DNA of 64,000 nt from Octopus sinensis (taxonomy: Eukaryota). Each line of letters opens with the position of its first letter. The first letter of the stretch is position 1. Positions 39,232 to 50,292 of this stretch are shown piece by piece. The stretch spans positions 26,288,001 through 26,352,000 of the forward strand of contig NC_043018.1 in NCBI RefSeq assembly GCF_006345805.1, read 5' to 3'. The notes under the pieces were generated by a model that was not told the origin of the DNA, did no database searches, and saw nothing but the letters and a program-made list of their open reading frames with translations. The position numbers and the translations under genes were made by a program.

Positions 39232-39941
39232 CAACCCAGCTGAAACCACCCCTGGCTCTGTAGTACAAATGTCTTGTTTTCAAAAGTTCTGAATTACAAT
39301 CTTTCCACCAAACCTTAGTCACAAATATATGTTCCTAACACTAGCTTAATGATAACTAAGTTATTTTGCTAAATTTTTGTTATATTTAAAATTAATTGTA
39401 AGAAACACAGAGCATCTCAACAGAAATATGATAACAAAAGGGTTAACAAATGATTAATTTAACCCTTTTGATATCAACCCACCCGAAACCACCCCTGGCT
39501 CTGTAGTACAAATGTCTTGTTTCAAAAGTTCTGAATTAAAATCTTTCCACCAAACCTTAGTCACAATTTGTGTTCCTAACACTAGGTTAATGATAACTAA
39601 GTTATTTTACTAAATTTTTTGATATATTTAAAATTAATTGAAAGAAACACAGAGCATCTCAACGGCAACATGGTAGCAAAAGGGTTAAAATATATAATAG
39701 AGAACCAATTCTTAACCCTTTTGATACCAACCCAGTTGAAACCACCCCTGGCTCTGTTGTACAAATGTCTTGTTTTCAAAAGTTCTGAATTAAAATCTTC
39801 CACCAAACCTTAGTCACAATTTGTGTTCCTAACACTAGCTTAATGATAACTAAGTTATTTCGCTAAATGTTTTGTTATATCTAAAATTAATTGAAAGAAA
39901 CACACAGCATCTCAACAGAAATATGGTAACAAAAGGGTTAA
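39232..39941. mobile_element. Three same-orientation piggyBac-like TTAA MITEs, family 1 (39232-39442 truncated; 39463-39684; 39716-39937)
   Basis: Each complete copy is 222 bp: TTAA-CCCTTTTGATA(T/C)CA ... TGGTA(G/A)CAAAAGGG-TTAA. Confidence 0.85.
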
Positions 39942-41031
39942 AGTGATTTCTTTTATGCTGTAAACCATTAACCATTTCTATGGTGCCCCCACCCTTACCC
40001 TTGATTCCCTAAGCATGTGCTTATTTTGCTTAATGGTCACTCCAGCATTGGTCACTAGTTATTATTGCAATAACAGTTGTTTCTAGTACAGATACAAGGC
40101 CTGAAATTTGGAGAAGGGAGTTATTTGATGCCACTGGTCTCATGAGGGCACTGCATGAAGTAAAGGCCTCACTCGGGCTCATAGCCATAGATCATGTACA
40201 TCTCAATGGTTATGTTGTTGCAATCCAAGTGCAGGAGATAGCTGCAAAAATATCTGATACTTACTTGAATTTGTACTTGTGGTGACATTCACCCAGTGTT
40301 AGAGCAGCTGACTCATGGTCGAGGGATCACGGGTTCGAATCTCAGACCGGGCAATGTGTGTGTTTATGAGCGAAGACACCTAAGCTCCACGCAGCTTCGG
40401 CAGAAGGTAATGGCGAACTTCTGCTGACTCCTTCGCCACAAATTTCTCTCACTCTTTCCTCCTGCATCTTGCAGCTCACCTGCGACAGACCAGCGTCCCA
40501 TCTAGGTGGGGAACCTATATGCCAAGGAAACCGGGAAACTGGCCCTTATGAGCCAGGCATGGCTCGAGAAGGAACAAACAAACAAACTACAATGAGTGAG
40601 ATGAGTTCTTGAGTATGTGGAGAGGTGATTTCATGCCAGGGTTAAGGTGCCATGCTATAGAGGACATACATATACAACCCTGCATTTATATAAGGGTGGA
40701 TGAGAGTAACTCAGAAAAAGATCAGAAGGTAGTGATGGGGTGCCAGAGCAAAACTCTCAAGAAATAAGGGATGGTACTACAAACAGTCTTCTAAGATGTA
40801 TACCTTTTATGCAAATCTTGTTGCATACCTTTTATGCAAATCTTGTTGCAAATACTCTGTGCTTCTCTTGCCTCTATTCTTTGATATGTTATTTCCAATC
40901 TTACTCTGTCAGTATGAATTGGTTTGGCAGCAAAGTATGAGAGTCTCTCAGAAGTGATCTGCCATACCGAGTCCTATATCATTTACATTATTTACATTTG
41001 ACGGATATTTGTCCTCATCTTGTTTGTTGTT

Positions 41032-41077
41032 AACACAATGTTTCGGCTGATATACCCTCCAGCCTTCATCAGGTGTC
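41032..41077 (-). ncRNA. Minimal type-I hammerhead ribozyme, family 1 (left arm)
   Basis: GACAC CTGATGA A GGCTG gagggtatat CAGCC GAAAC AT T GTGTT: core and stems I and II intact; stem III is ACAT instead of ACGT. Confidence 0.7.
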
Positions 41078-41128
41078 TGGGAAATTTCGAACCTGGGTTC
41101 TCATTCCTTAGGCATTTTTCAATGTTAC

Positions 41129-41170
<42 letters not shown>

Positions 41171-41349
41171 CTTTGTTATTCAGGTCGCTGCTTGGAATTG
41201 AACTTGGTATCTTGCAGTTAGTAGCCTATGCTCTTAACCCCAAGATTCCATGTTTGATTCCAGGCAGTGACCTGAATAATAATAATAATAATAATAATGA
41301 CATCGAAAAATACCTTAGGAATGAGAACCCAGGTTCGAAATTTCCCCAA

Positions 41350-41395
41350 GACACCTGATGAAGGCTGGAGGGTATATCAGCCGAAACGTTGTTAA
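41350..41395 (+). ncRNA. Minimal type-I hammerhead ribozyme, family 1 (right arm)
   Basis: GACAC CTGATGA A GGCTG gagggtatat CAGCC GAAAC GT T GTTAA: core intact with palindromic ACGT; the stem I 3' strand is shortened by a deletion. Confidence 0.7.
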
Positions 41396-41547
41396 CAAGT
41401 TGAGACAAATATCCATCAAATGTAAATAATGTATATAATTCCTCATCTCTTAAATATAGAACTGCCCTATATCATTCTTTTCAAGTACCCTAGACTTCTA
41501 TTATTATTATTATTATCATTTTTATTATTATCATCATCATCATTGTT

Positions 41548-41747
41548 AAAGTGGCAAGCTGGCAGAATTGTTAGTGGCATTTCATCTGTCTTTACGTTCT
41601 GAGTTCAAATTCCACCGAAGTCTTTCATCCTTTCAAGGTCGATAAATTAAGTACCAGTTGTGTACTGGGGTTAATCTACTTGAGTGGCCCTCACCCTCAA
41701 AATTTCAGGCCTTGTGCCTATAATAGAAAGGATTATTATTATTATTA

Positions 41748-41790
<43 letters not shown>

Positions 41791-42510
41791 AGAGGCAAGC
41801 TGGCAGAACCGTTAGTACACTGGACAAAATGTTTAGTGGTATTTTGCCTGTTGCTACATTCCGAGTTCAAATACCACTGAGGTCGACTTTGCCTTTCATT
41901 CTTTTGGGGTCAATAAAACAAGTACCAGTTGAACACTGGGGTCAATACAATTGACAAGTCCCCTCCCCCCAAATTTCAGGCATTGTGCCTATAGCAGAAA
42001 GGATTATGATTATTATTATTATTATTATTATTATTATGTTTTTTCCTTCTTTCTTCAAATTTTCTTCCGTTTCTCGCCGAGTGTTTTCCATACACCTAGG
42101 GCATAAATAAATTCATGGATGGATGTTGCTTTCACAGCGATAATGCTCTTCTCAGTACATGAGCCATTCCAGTTAATACGATTTTTTGCACTTCCTGTAG
42201 GGATGGTAAGCCTGGAATCATTTTCAAATAGGTTTCAGTACCTTTTTTTAATTATTATTATTATTATTATTATTATTATCATCATCATTATTAAAGCAGC
42301 AAGGTGGCCAAATTGTTAGCACACTGGACGAAATGCTCCATGGTATTTCACCTGTTGCTATGTTCTGAGTTCAAATTCCACTGAGGTCAACTTTGCCTTT
42401 CATCCTTTCGGGTTGCTAAAACAAGTACCAGTTGAACACTGGGGTCAGTGCAATTGACTCAACCCCACCCCCGCCAAAACTGCTGCCCTTGGGGCAAAAT
42501 TTGAAACCAT
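41548..42510 (+). mobile_element. Three Deu/Nin-type SINE copies with (ATT)n tails (41548-41740, 41790-42010, 42295-42510)
   Basis: GGCAAG(C/G)TGGC..AA head, GAGTTCAAAT(T/A)CCAC(C/T)GA, CTTTCAT(C/T)CTTT..GGT..ATAAA..AAGTACCAGTT, tail GCCTTGTGCCTATA..AGAAAGGATTATT in the first two copies. Minus-strand relatives at 7820-8055, 45880-46085 and 51370-51590. Confidence 0.75.
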
Positions 42511-44224
42511 TATTCTTATTATTGTTACCTTTTCAACTTTTTTGTCTTATCTATTTTGGTCTTGTGGGGTCTTCCAAAATTCCAAGTACTGAGAAATGAA
42601 GTGCGTTCAATGGTGTCTATTGATGGTAAAGAGCTGGTCTATTCTATAACGGCATTTCCAAAAATGTTTCCTCTTTAATACATTAACCTTGAAATTTATT
42701 TTGCTTAGGAAGTGTGGGGGGGAGGTGACGAATGGAGTGGGGGTGGGGTGGGAGGTTCTTTTGTTTTTCTCTTCATTTTAAGTAGTATATTTCTTGGCGT
42801 ATCGTATCTCATTCCTACCCCGCTCCCACTGCCACAATCACCACCGCTCCAAAAAAAAAAAAAAGAAAAAAATTGGAAAAAATCGGTTCATGAAAATACA
42901 GAAATTTTTCTGATACTAAAAATAAGTAAATAAATAAATAAATATATATATATATACATAAATAAATAAATGAATAAATAAATAAAACAGTGGTATTGAT
43001 TCATTGGGTTTTTCGCTTCTTCCTTTTCTTTTAACTGCAATGCATACAATGGCACCAAATATTTGGGTCTGAATATTAGTGATGTGTGGAAGAAGCATAT
43101 CTTTAAGAACGCTCTGAATCTTCTGCTTATCATCGTCCTTCAATTCATTGATTTTAAGCACAGTGAGATGTTGGAATGAACTTTTAGATAAATAACTTCA
43201 CAGAAAATGCTGAACAGATAAAGGCTTTGCTTTCCTTCTTTCTTTCTTTCTTTCTTTCTCTTTTCGTTTCTCTTCTTTTATTTATGTTCCTAGCTACAAT
43301 GGCTATTCTGTAACTACATACATAAACCAGAATCAATTAGTTAGGCATTTACCATTCCACTGATGTTGGTTTTGAAAATAAATGTGCACACACACACAGA
43401 CACAGACACACACACACAGGCACACACACACACAGGGACACACACACACACACCTCTCTCTCTCTCGCTCTCACACTCCCACTCATGTTCACGTAGACCT
43501 GAATGAAGCAGAAAACAAAAATATTAAAAGAATAAATTCCCACCCACCCACCCACCCCCCTCCTTCGTTCAAAAAATAGATAAATGAATAAATAAAAAAA
43601 ATAAATATACAATTACTTAACTTTCGCCTACATGAAGTGAAATAGTGATTTGATGTTTCTTTTTATTTACAATGTAAGAAAAAAAAAATTAAAACATGAA
43701 AAAATTAACGGTGCTATAGATAAAATACTGTAGACTTGTGTATCAAAGATTTTCACATTTTCTCCAAAGAATGTGTGTTTGTGTATTTGTGTACCTTCAT
43801 GTGTGTGTGTGGTGGGGTGAGGTGTGCATGTACACATGTAGATATAAATCTATAAATGCTACTTTATATACAGACACAACTTGTGAGAGGCTGACAAATA
43901 AGGTCTCTGAATTCTGAATGCATTTAACCACAGGTTAAAACTTTATTAGAAGGAGCCAACAAGTGTCCCTCTACATGGTTGTGTGGCCTGCTAGAAATAG
44001 TGACAAAAATTTCCCTCAAAGTTGTGCTCTACCACTTGAAGGGACTTAATGGATAACGTTGTTCTTGTGATTGCCTCACCCTGCTTTGCTGCAATTGGCA
44101 GTGAATCTCCATTCAGTGCCTGCTGGAGATCATTTTCTGATGAACCTAGCAACATCAGTTGTCTGCAAATGTTAGCTGACTGTTTGTACAAGGGGCCAAA
44201 TTGGGGTTCCTATAGACAATCTCT

Positions 44225-44400
44225 GGAGTAACATTACTCAACAGGCTTTGTTGCTTGGAGATCAGGAAGTTTCTTCAGATTCCAGCTGCTCCTTTTCCAC
44301 ATTGAGAGGGAACAGCTTTGGTACTATGGGCATGTGATTAGGATGTCACAGGAAAGAATCGCAAAGCAGATTCTTCAAGTCATGCTAATCAGCAGAAAAC
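44225..44400 (+). pseudogene. RTE-clade LINE ORF2 C-terminal remnant
   Basis: LLLFHIEREQLWYYGHVIRMSQERIAKQILQV (44286-44382) matches the RTE/Rex3-Expander pattern LLL.IER.QLRW.GH..RM..ER..KQ.L. Confidence 0.65.
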
Positions 44401-44618
44401 TTAGGATTTGACCAAGGGTGAGTTTATTGGATTATATCCCTCATTCTTGGTAACCCGGTCAGAAGGTCTAATGACAGTCACTTTAGAGGAACCTATATAT
44501 ATATATATATATATATATTGATAGAAATGGTAAGATAACAAAAGAATGAAAGAGACCTCGATATTATGTGAATAGAGGAATTTATCTGTAAATATATGTG
44601 ACAATTATTCAGTAGCCA

Positions 44619-44681
44619 TGATAAAACTCCGAGTTTAGGATGTCGGGGCAGAAACCCATGCCGCCATCTCTTCAGTTATCA
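44619..44681 (-). ncRNA. Hammerhead-like motif, family 3 (G12 mutated in this copy)
   Basis: TGATAA CTGAAGA GATG gc GGCA tgggtttc TGCC ccga CATC c TAAACTC G GAGT T TTATCA: perfect 6-bp stem I and intact stem II, but TAAA replaces GAAA. Confidence 0.5.
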
Positions 44682-45551
44682 GGCCATTGAAATAGGTTAG
44701 AGACAGGTGTTCTCTATATAGAATACACTTCGAAGTACTCAAGAGATTTGAACTTGAACCAGTAGGCTTCCACAGTTTCCATCTATCAAATTCACTCACA
44801 TGGCATTGGTTGGCCTGGGGCTACAGTAGAAGACACTTGCCTACAGTGGAGCTTGATGGAACTGAACCTACGATCACATGGTTCGGAAACAATCTTCTTA
44901 ACTGCACAATCATACCTGTGCCCATAAAAAATATAGAACCAAAGCTCCCAGTAAAAACATGAATATGAAGTTATCTTTTCTTTGTTTTTCTTTAGGAAAA
45001 CAAAAATATGATTAAAATGATCGAAGGCTTTGTGAAATCTGACAAGCAATGAAATGTGCATAATTTATTGGCTGTGCAAGTTTAATGACTGAGATAAGGT
45101 GGTTTCAACGAGTTTTTAGTAGTTGACATGTAATTAAAAAAGGGCAATTAATTATAAGAAGCAAAAAAAAGCTACAAAGAAATCACAGATTTGCCAGAGA
45201 TAAGAATGATATTTGACGTCTGAGAATATTTTGTTGTGTTGGTAGCAATAAAGAGATGTAGCAGGTTGATATTGAGACTGACATTGCTTAACCTAAGGCA
45301 AGTGGCGTAGCAAGGGCTCACAGTCCCTGGGGGTAGGGGGGGAACAATGTCATATTTTTATATCCTTACTTTGATAAATCTACTGGTGCCACATTAAAAA
45401 CACCTGTACTGGTGCCATGTATAAAGCACCCAGTACACTCTGTAAAGTGGTTGGTGTTAGGAAGAGCATCCAGACATAGAAGCCATATCAAGAGAGACAG
45501 TTGGAGCCTGGTGCAGTTCTCTGGCTTGCTAGCTCCTAAGAAACCATTTAA

Positions 45552-45772
45552 CCCTTTCATTACCAACCCGGCTGAAACCAGCTCTTGCTCTGAGTACAAA
45601 TGTCTTGTTTTCATAAGTTTTGAATTAAAATCTTGCACCAAACCTTAGACACAATTTATGTTCCTAAAACAAGCTGAATGATAACTAAGTTATTTTACTA
45701 AATTCTTTGTTAGATTTTAAATTAATTGAAAGAGACACTGAACATCTCAAAATAAATACAGTAACGAAAGGG
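45552..45772. mobile_element. TTAA MITE family 1 inserted into an RTE 3'UTR copy
   Basis: TTAA at 45548-51 and 45773-76. The host sequence AAACCAT-TTAA-CCCATGCCAGCATGG resumes exactly after the element. Confidence 0.85.
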
Positions 45773-46635
45773 TTAACCCATGCCAGCATGGAAAACTGAC
45801 TTTGAATAAAAACAGTAATGATAATAATAATGACAATAATAATGATAATGATAGTAATGATAATAATTATAGTAGCCCTTTCTACTATAGGCACAAGGCT
45901 TGAAATTTTAAGAGACTAATTGATTACATTGACTCCAGTCAACTGGTACTTTTTTTATCGACCCCTAAAGGATGAAAGGCAAAGTTGATCATGCCAGAAT
46001 TTGAACTCAAGCTGTAAAGACAGATGAAATGCCACTAAACATTTTGCCTGGTGTGCTAACGATTCTGCCACCTCACCACTCTAATAATAATGATAATGGA
46101 AAATATGATAATGATAATAATAATGGAAAATAATAATTATAATAATAATAACAATGATGATAATAATAATGATGAAGATGATGACAAATCAGAAGAAATT
46201 TTACATTACTTTTACATGTGCACACAGGAATAACTGTTCCCTGTGCCTTCTACCTTGTGGTCAATTCTGGTCAAGCAAATTTATCCAAAGTCGTTCTGGC
46301 TAATTTTCTCCAAAATTTGTCTGTTTTCCTAAAACAATGTAGTTGAGGGTTTTATATAAAGACTATTTTGCTGTTGTTTGTAGCACTCTGGCTGGTTACT
46401 GATTGTAGTTTGATCATAGATCTTGACTGAAATGGTTATGATCAAAGTCATTCTAACCATGACCACCCTGTCTTTTGTCTAGGCCATGTATCCAAGATCA
46501 CAAACATCTAATAGGTACCTCCTCCTTTAAGCTGATAATTTGAGGGTAATTTGGCTGCTATATGTGTATATAGATCACCATGATAGATTGTTAGCTACTA
46601 CACACATTTTTTTTTCTCCTTGTTTCTCTCCTTGT

Positions 46636-46673
46636 TTTTTCTGTAGAAGAGCATAGGCTCGAAACGTAAAAGA
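46636..46673 (+). ncRNA. Hammerhead-like motif, family 2, in a Penelope-like repeat (~46570-46770)
   Basis: TTTTT CTGTAGA A GAGC atag GCTC GAAAC GT A AAAGA; the flanking body is nearly identical to 19800-19935. Confidence 0.5.
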
Positions 46674-46761
46674 CTTTTTCTATTCCTGAGCGCTATACTA
46701 ATACATCTGTTTGTTTGTACACCACCTGCCTTCGTCTTTTGTTTATTTTCGTAAACTTTCC

Positions 46762-46819
<58 letters not shown>

Positions 46820-47308
46820 TTATGTATATATGCACAACTATGTGTGTATGTATGTATGTATATTAATGGAGGCACAAGCACTTTCACACACATGTATACA
46901 CATGAGAGGAACTTCCACATACTGAACTCAAACAAAAGTCTTTGGTTTGTTTGAGGCACACTAAGCAAATGACATAGCAGTATTTCATCCATCTTTACCT
47001 TTCATCCTTTTGGAGTCAATAAGATAAGTACCAGTTACATACTGGGGTCAATGTAATCGACTTAACCTCCACCCCCTGAAATTGCTAGCCTTGTGCCAAA
47101 ATTTGAAATCAATGTTTGTTAGGCACCAGCACGGTGCCTCTGCATGGCTGCAGCCTCATGATTGAAACAAGTAAAAGACGAAAAGATACAATTCGGTGTG
47201 TCCCACGGGTTTCCGCTTGCCCATGACTGCTTCAGAACATGAGGCTGTGAAATGTTCCGTCTTGTGTTACGATGTCTCTTGTAATTTTTTGCCTTCTTAC
47301 TTTTGCAG

Positions 47309-47501
47309 TCCTGTGAATAGCCGAATTTCTTCAGCAGATGTCAGCCGACAGAGTACACAAGACTACAGTGATGCTGCTGCTCCTCCTCCAACTGATTTAC
47401 CTTATGAAGAGAAAGAAACAGAAAAACGCACAGAACTGCCTTCACCAGCTCGTAATCGTTGGATCGATGCAATCCAAAAAGTGTGCAGTCAGCTAGGAGA
47501 C
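47309..47501 (+). CDS. Internal coding exon (193 nt, phase 2 in, phase 0 out) of a large host gene, possibly an Unc13/Munc13 homolog
   Basis: Acceptor CTTACTTTTGCAG, donor GAC|GTAAGT. Only one frame is open: PVNSRISSADVSRQSTQDYSDAAAPPPTDLPYEEKETEKRTELPSPARNRWIDAIQKVCSQLGD. The exon is well supported. The Unc13 link rests only on similarity of ARNRWIDAIQKVCSQL to the recalled Munc13-1 CaM-binding sequence AKANWLRAFNKVRMQL (confidence about 0.45). Confidence 0.85.
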
Positions 47502-48790
47502 GTAAGTATTTGCATTGTGTTTTTGATGGGGATTTTTTCATATTTTTTTATTAATTATTTATTTTAATCCTTCTTTATCCTTTTTTTTTCCCACATCCTT
47601 TGCTTGCATAAGATGCCACATATAAAGCACTCAGCCCACTCTGGGTGGAGGTAGAAGGATTGGTGTTAGGAAGGGCATCCAAATGCAAAAAAAAAACAGG
47701 TCAAAACTGACCACACCTGCGCTGGTGCCACTTAAAAAGCATCCAGTCCGCTCTGTAAAGTGGTTAGCATTTGGAAGGGCACCCAGTTAAATAAACCATA
47801 CCATATTGCCTGTGCTGATGCCACGTAAAAAGCACTCAGTCCCCTCTGCGGGGTGGTTGGTGTTAGGAAGGGCATCCAGCCATAAAAACCATGCCAAAAC
47901 AGACACAGAAGTCTGGTGTAGTCTTCTACCTGGCCAGCTCCTGTCAGACCATCCAACCCATGCCAGCATGGAAGGTGGACATTAAACAATGATGATGTCC
48001 AGTTTGAACATAAAACAGGTGAAATATTTGGGCATCCAGTCCACACTATGAAGTGGTTGGCATTTGGAAGGGCATCCAGCAGTAAGAACCATGCCAAAGC
48101 TGGCCTCGCTTGTGCTGATGCTATGTAAAAACCATTCTGTTCACTTTCTGGGGTGGTTGGCATTTGGAAGTGCATCCAGCTGTAGAAACCTTGCCAGAAC
48201 AGACACAGACACATTGTTTTGAATTAAGCTTGCATTGTCTCATAGCTTCAAGACTTTGAATGACGTGATTGTTTGCTTTTACAATGGCATTGTCAGGTAG
48301 GTGTGAGAGGCCAGATTTAGCAGGTTTTAACATAAAACAAGCAGAATATCTGAATCAGAAATGGCTAGTTTTACCCGTTAACATCCTGATTAATTTGTAT
48401 ATTGCAATACTTATTTATTCACATTGTTTTCATGCATTGTCTCATAGCTTCAAAATCTCAATGATATATTTTTTAGAATGACATTGTACGTTAGGCATGA
48501 AAGACCAGATCTGGTTGGTTTGAACAGAAAACAAGTCAAATATTTGGGGATGATGTGGCTTGTTTAACCCTGTTATGCTTCATTTATTCACATCATAGGC
48601 ACAGGAGTGGCTGTGTGGTAAGTAGCTTGCTTACCAGCCACATGGTTCCAGGTACAGTCCCACTGCATAGCACCTTGGGAAAGTGTCTCCTACTATAGAC
48701 TCAGGCCAACCAATGCCTTGTGAGTGGATTTGGTAGACAGAAACTGAAAGAAGCCCATCGTATCTATACATATATATATATAGTGGCTGA

Positions 48791-49033
48791 TGAAGGCGGC
48801 GAGCTGGCAGAAACGTTAGCATGCCAGGCGAAATGCGTGGCCGTATTTCGTCTGTTGTTACGTTCTGAGTTCAAATTCCACCGAGGTCGACTTGGCCTTT
48901 CATCCTTTCGGGGTCGATAAATAAAGTACCAGTTTCGCAATGGGTCGATGTAATCCCTTTGTCTGTCGACCTAATCCCTTTGTCTGTCCTTGTTTGTACC
49001 CTCTATGTTTAGCCCCTTGTGGGTAGTAAAGAA
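48791..49033 (+). mobile_element. Full-length Deu/Nin-type SINE with 17-bp TSD
   Basis: Flanked by ATATATATAGTGGCTGA at 48774-48790 and 49034-49050. It is inserted into a fragment of the 63031-63590 repeat family. Confidence 0.85.
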
Positions 49034-49663
49034 ATATATATAGTGGCTGACAATATGTGCATCTCTGAACATGAGCTGGAATAGAGGGGGAGCATCATAG
49101 CCATGTGTTGAGAGGGATTCTTTGGGGTTTGAATAAATGTAACAAAAGCAAAGTTTGAAGGAAATATTTGCCATTTTTCATAATTGTTAGGGGGAAGCAA
49201 ATAGGAAATAACAGTTGCTACCCGAGGACAAAAATTGTGTTACACAGTGTAATCACACTCTCTCTTTTACTCTTTTACTCGTTTCAGTCATTAGACTGTG
49301 GCCATGCTGGAGCACCACCTTTTAGTCGAGCAAATCAACACAGGACTTATTTTTTGTCACTTTTGCCGAACTGCTAAGTTACGGGGACATAAACACACCA
49401 GCATCGGTTGTCAAGCGATGTTGGGGAGGGACAAATACAGACGCATAAACGTACACACACACACACATATATATATACATATATACAACGGCTTCTTTCA
49501 GTTTCCGTCTACCAAATCCACTCACAAGGCTTTAGTCAGCCCAAGGCTATAGTAGAAGACACTTGCCCAAGGTGCCACGCAGTGGGACTGAACCTGGAAC
49601 CATGTGGTTAGTAAGCAAGCTACTTACCACACAGCCACTCCTACGCCTGAGAAAACTTATTAA

Positions 49664-49763
49664 NNNNNNNNNNNNNNNNNNNNNNNNNNNNNNNNNNNNN
49701 NNNNNNNNNNNNNNNNNNNNNNNNNNNNNNNNNNNNNNNNNNNNNNNNNNNNNNNNNNNNNNN
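49664..49763. other. Assembly gap (100 N)
   Basis: Run of N. Confidence 1.
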
Positions 49764-50092
49764 CCACAAACAAAACCATTTGCCTGATGTGAAATCAAAT
49801 CAAATGGAAATTGTAGTTGAGAGCCCCATGCTGGTAGCACGTAAAAAGCACCATCAGAACCTGGCTGATGCCAGTGACACTTTGAGTGGCTTCTGTGCCG
49901 GCGGCAGGTAAAAAGCACCATCCAATTGTGGTTGATATCAGCTCCTGTGGCCCCTGTGCCGGTGGCATGTAAAAAGCACTCACTACACTCTCAGAGTGGT
50001 TAGCGTTAGGAAGGGCATCCAGCTGTAGAAACACTGCCAGATCAGATTGGGGCCTGGTACAGCCTCATGGATTCCCAGACCCCAGTCGAACC

Positions 50093-50292
50093 TATTTCTT
50101 TACTACCCAGAAGGAGCTACACACAGAGGGGACAAACAAGGACAGACAAACGGATTAAGTTGATTACATCGACCCCAGTGTGAAAGAATGAAAGGCAAAG
50201 TCGACCTTGGCAGAATTTGTACTCAGAACATAACAGCAGACGAAATATGGCTACGCATTTCGCCCAGCGTGCTAACGTTTCTGCCAGCTCGC
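50093..50292 (-). mobile_element. Deu/Nin-type SINE inserted in an RTE 3'UTR
   Basis: TSD CGAACC at 50087-92 and 50293-98. The RTE UTR continues with ATCCAACCCATGCC. Confidence 0.8.

Larger units (their letters stand above)
40984..41464. mobile_element. Fold-back tRNA-headed element with hammerhead-bearing Penelope-like pLTR arms
   Basis: Arms ~40981-41220 and 41235-41437 are reverse complements around a 14-nt loop. An 11-bp direct repeat CCTATATCATT flanks the element (40973-83 and 41466-76). B-box-like AGTTCAATTCC and TGTTTGATTCC are present. Confidence 0.85.

Noticed and set aside
40801-40848. 24-bp tandem duplication TACCTTTTATGCAAATCTTGTTGCA
   Set aside because: An ordinary slippage duplication with no further structure.
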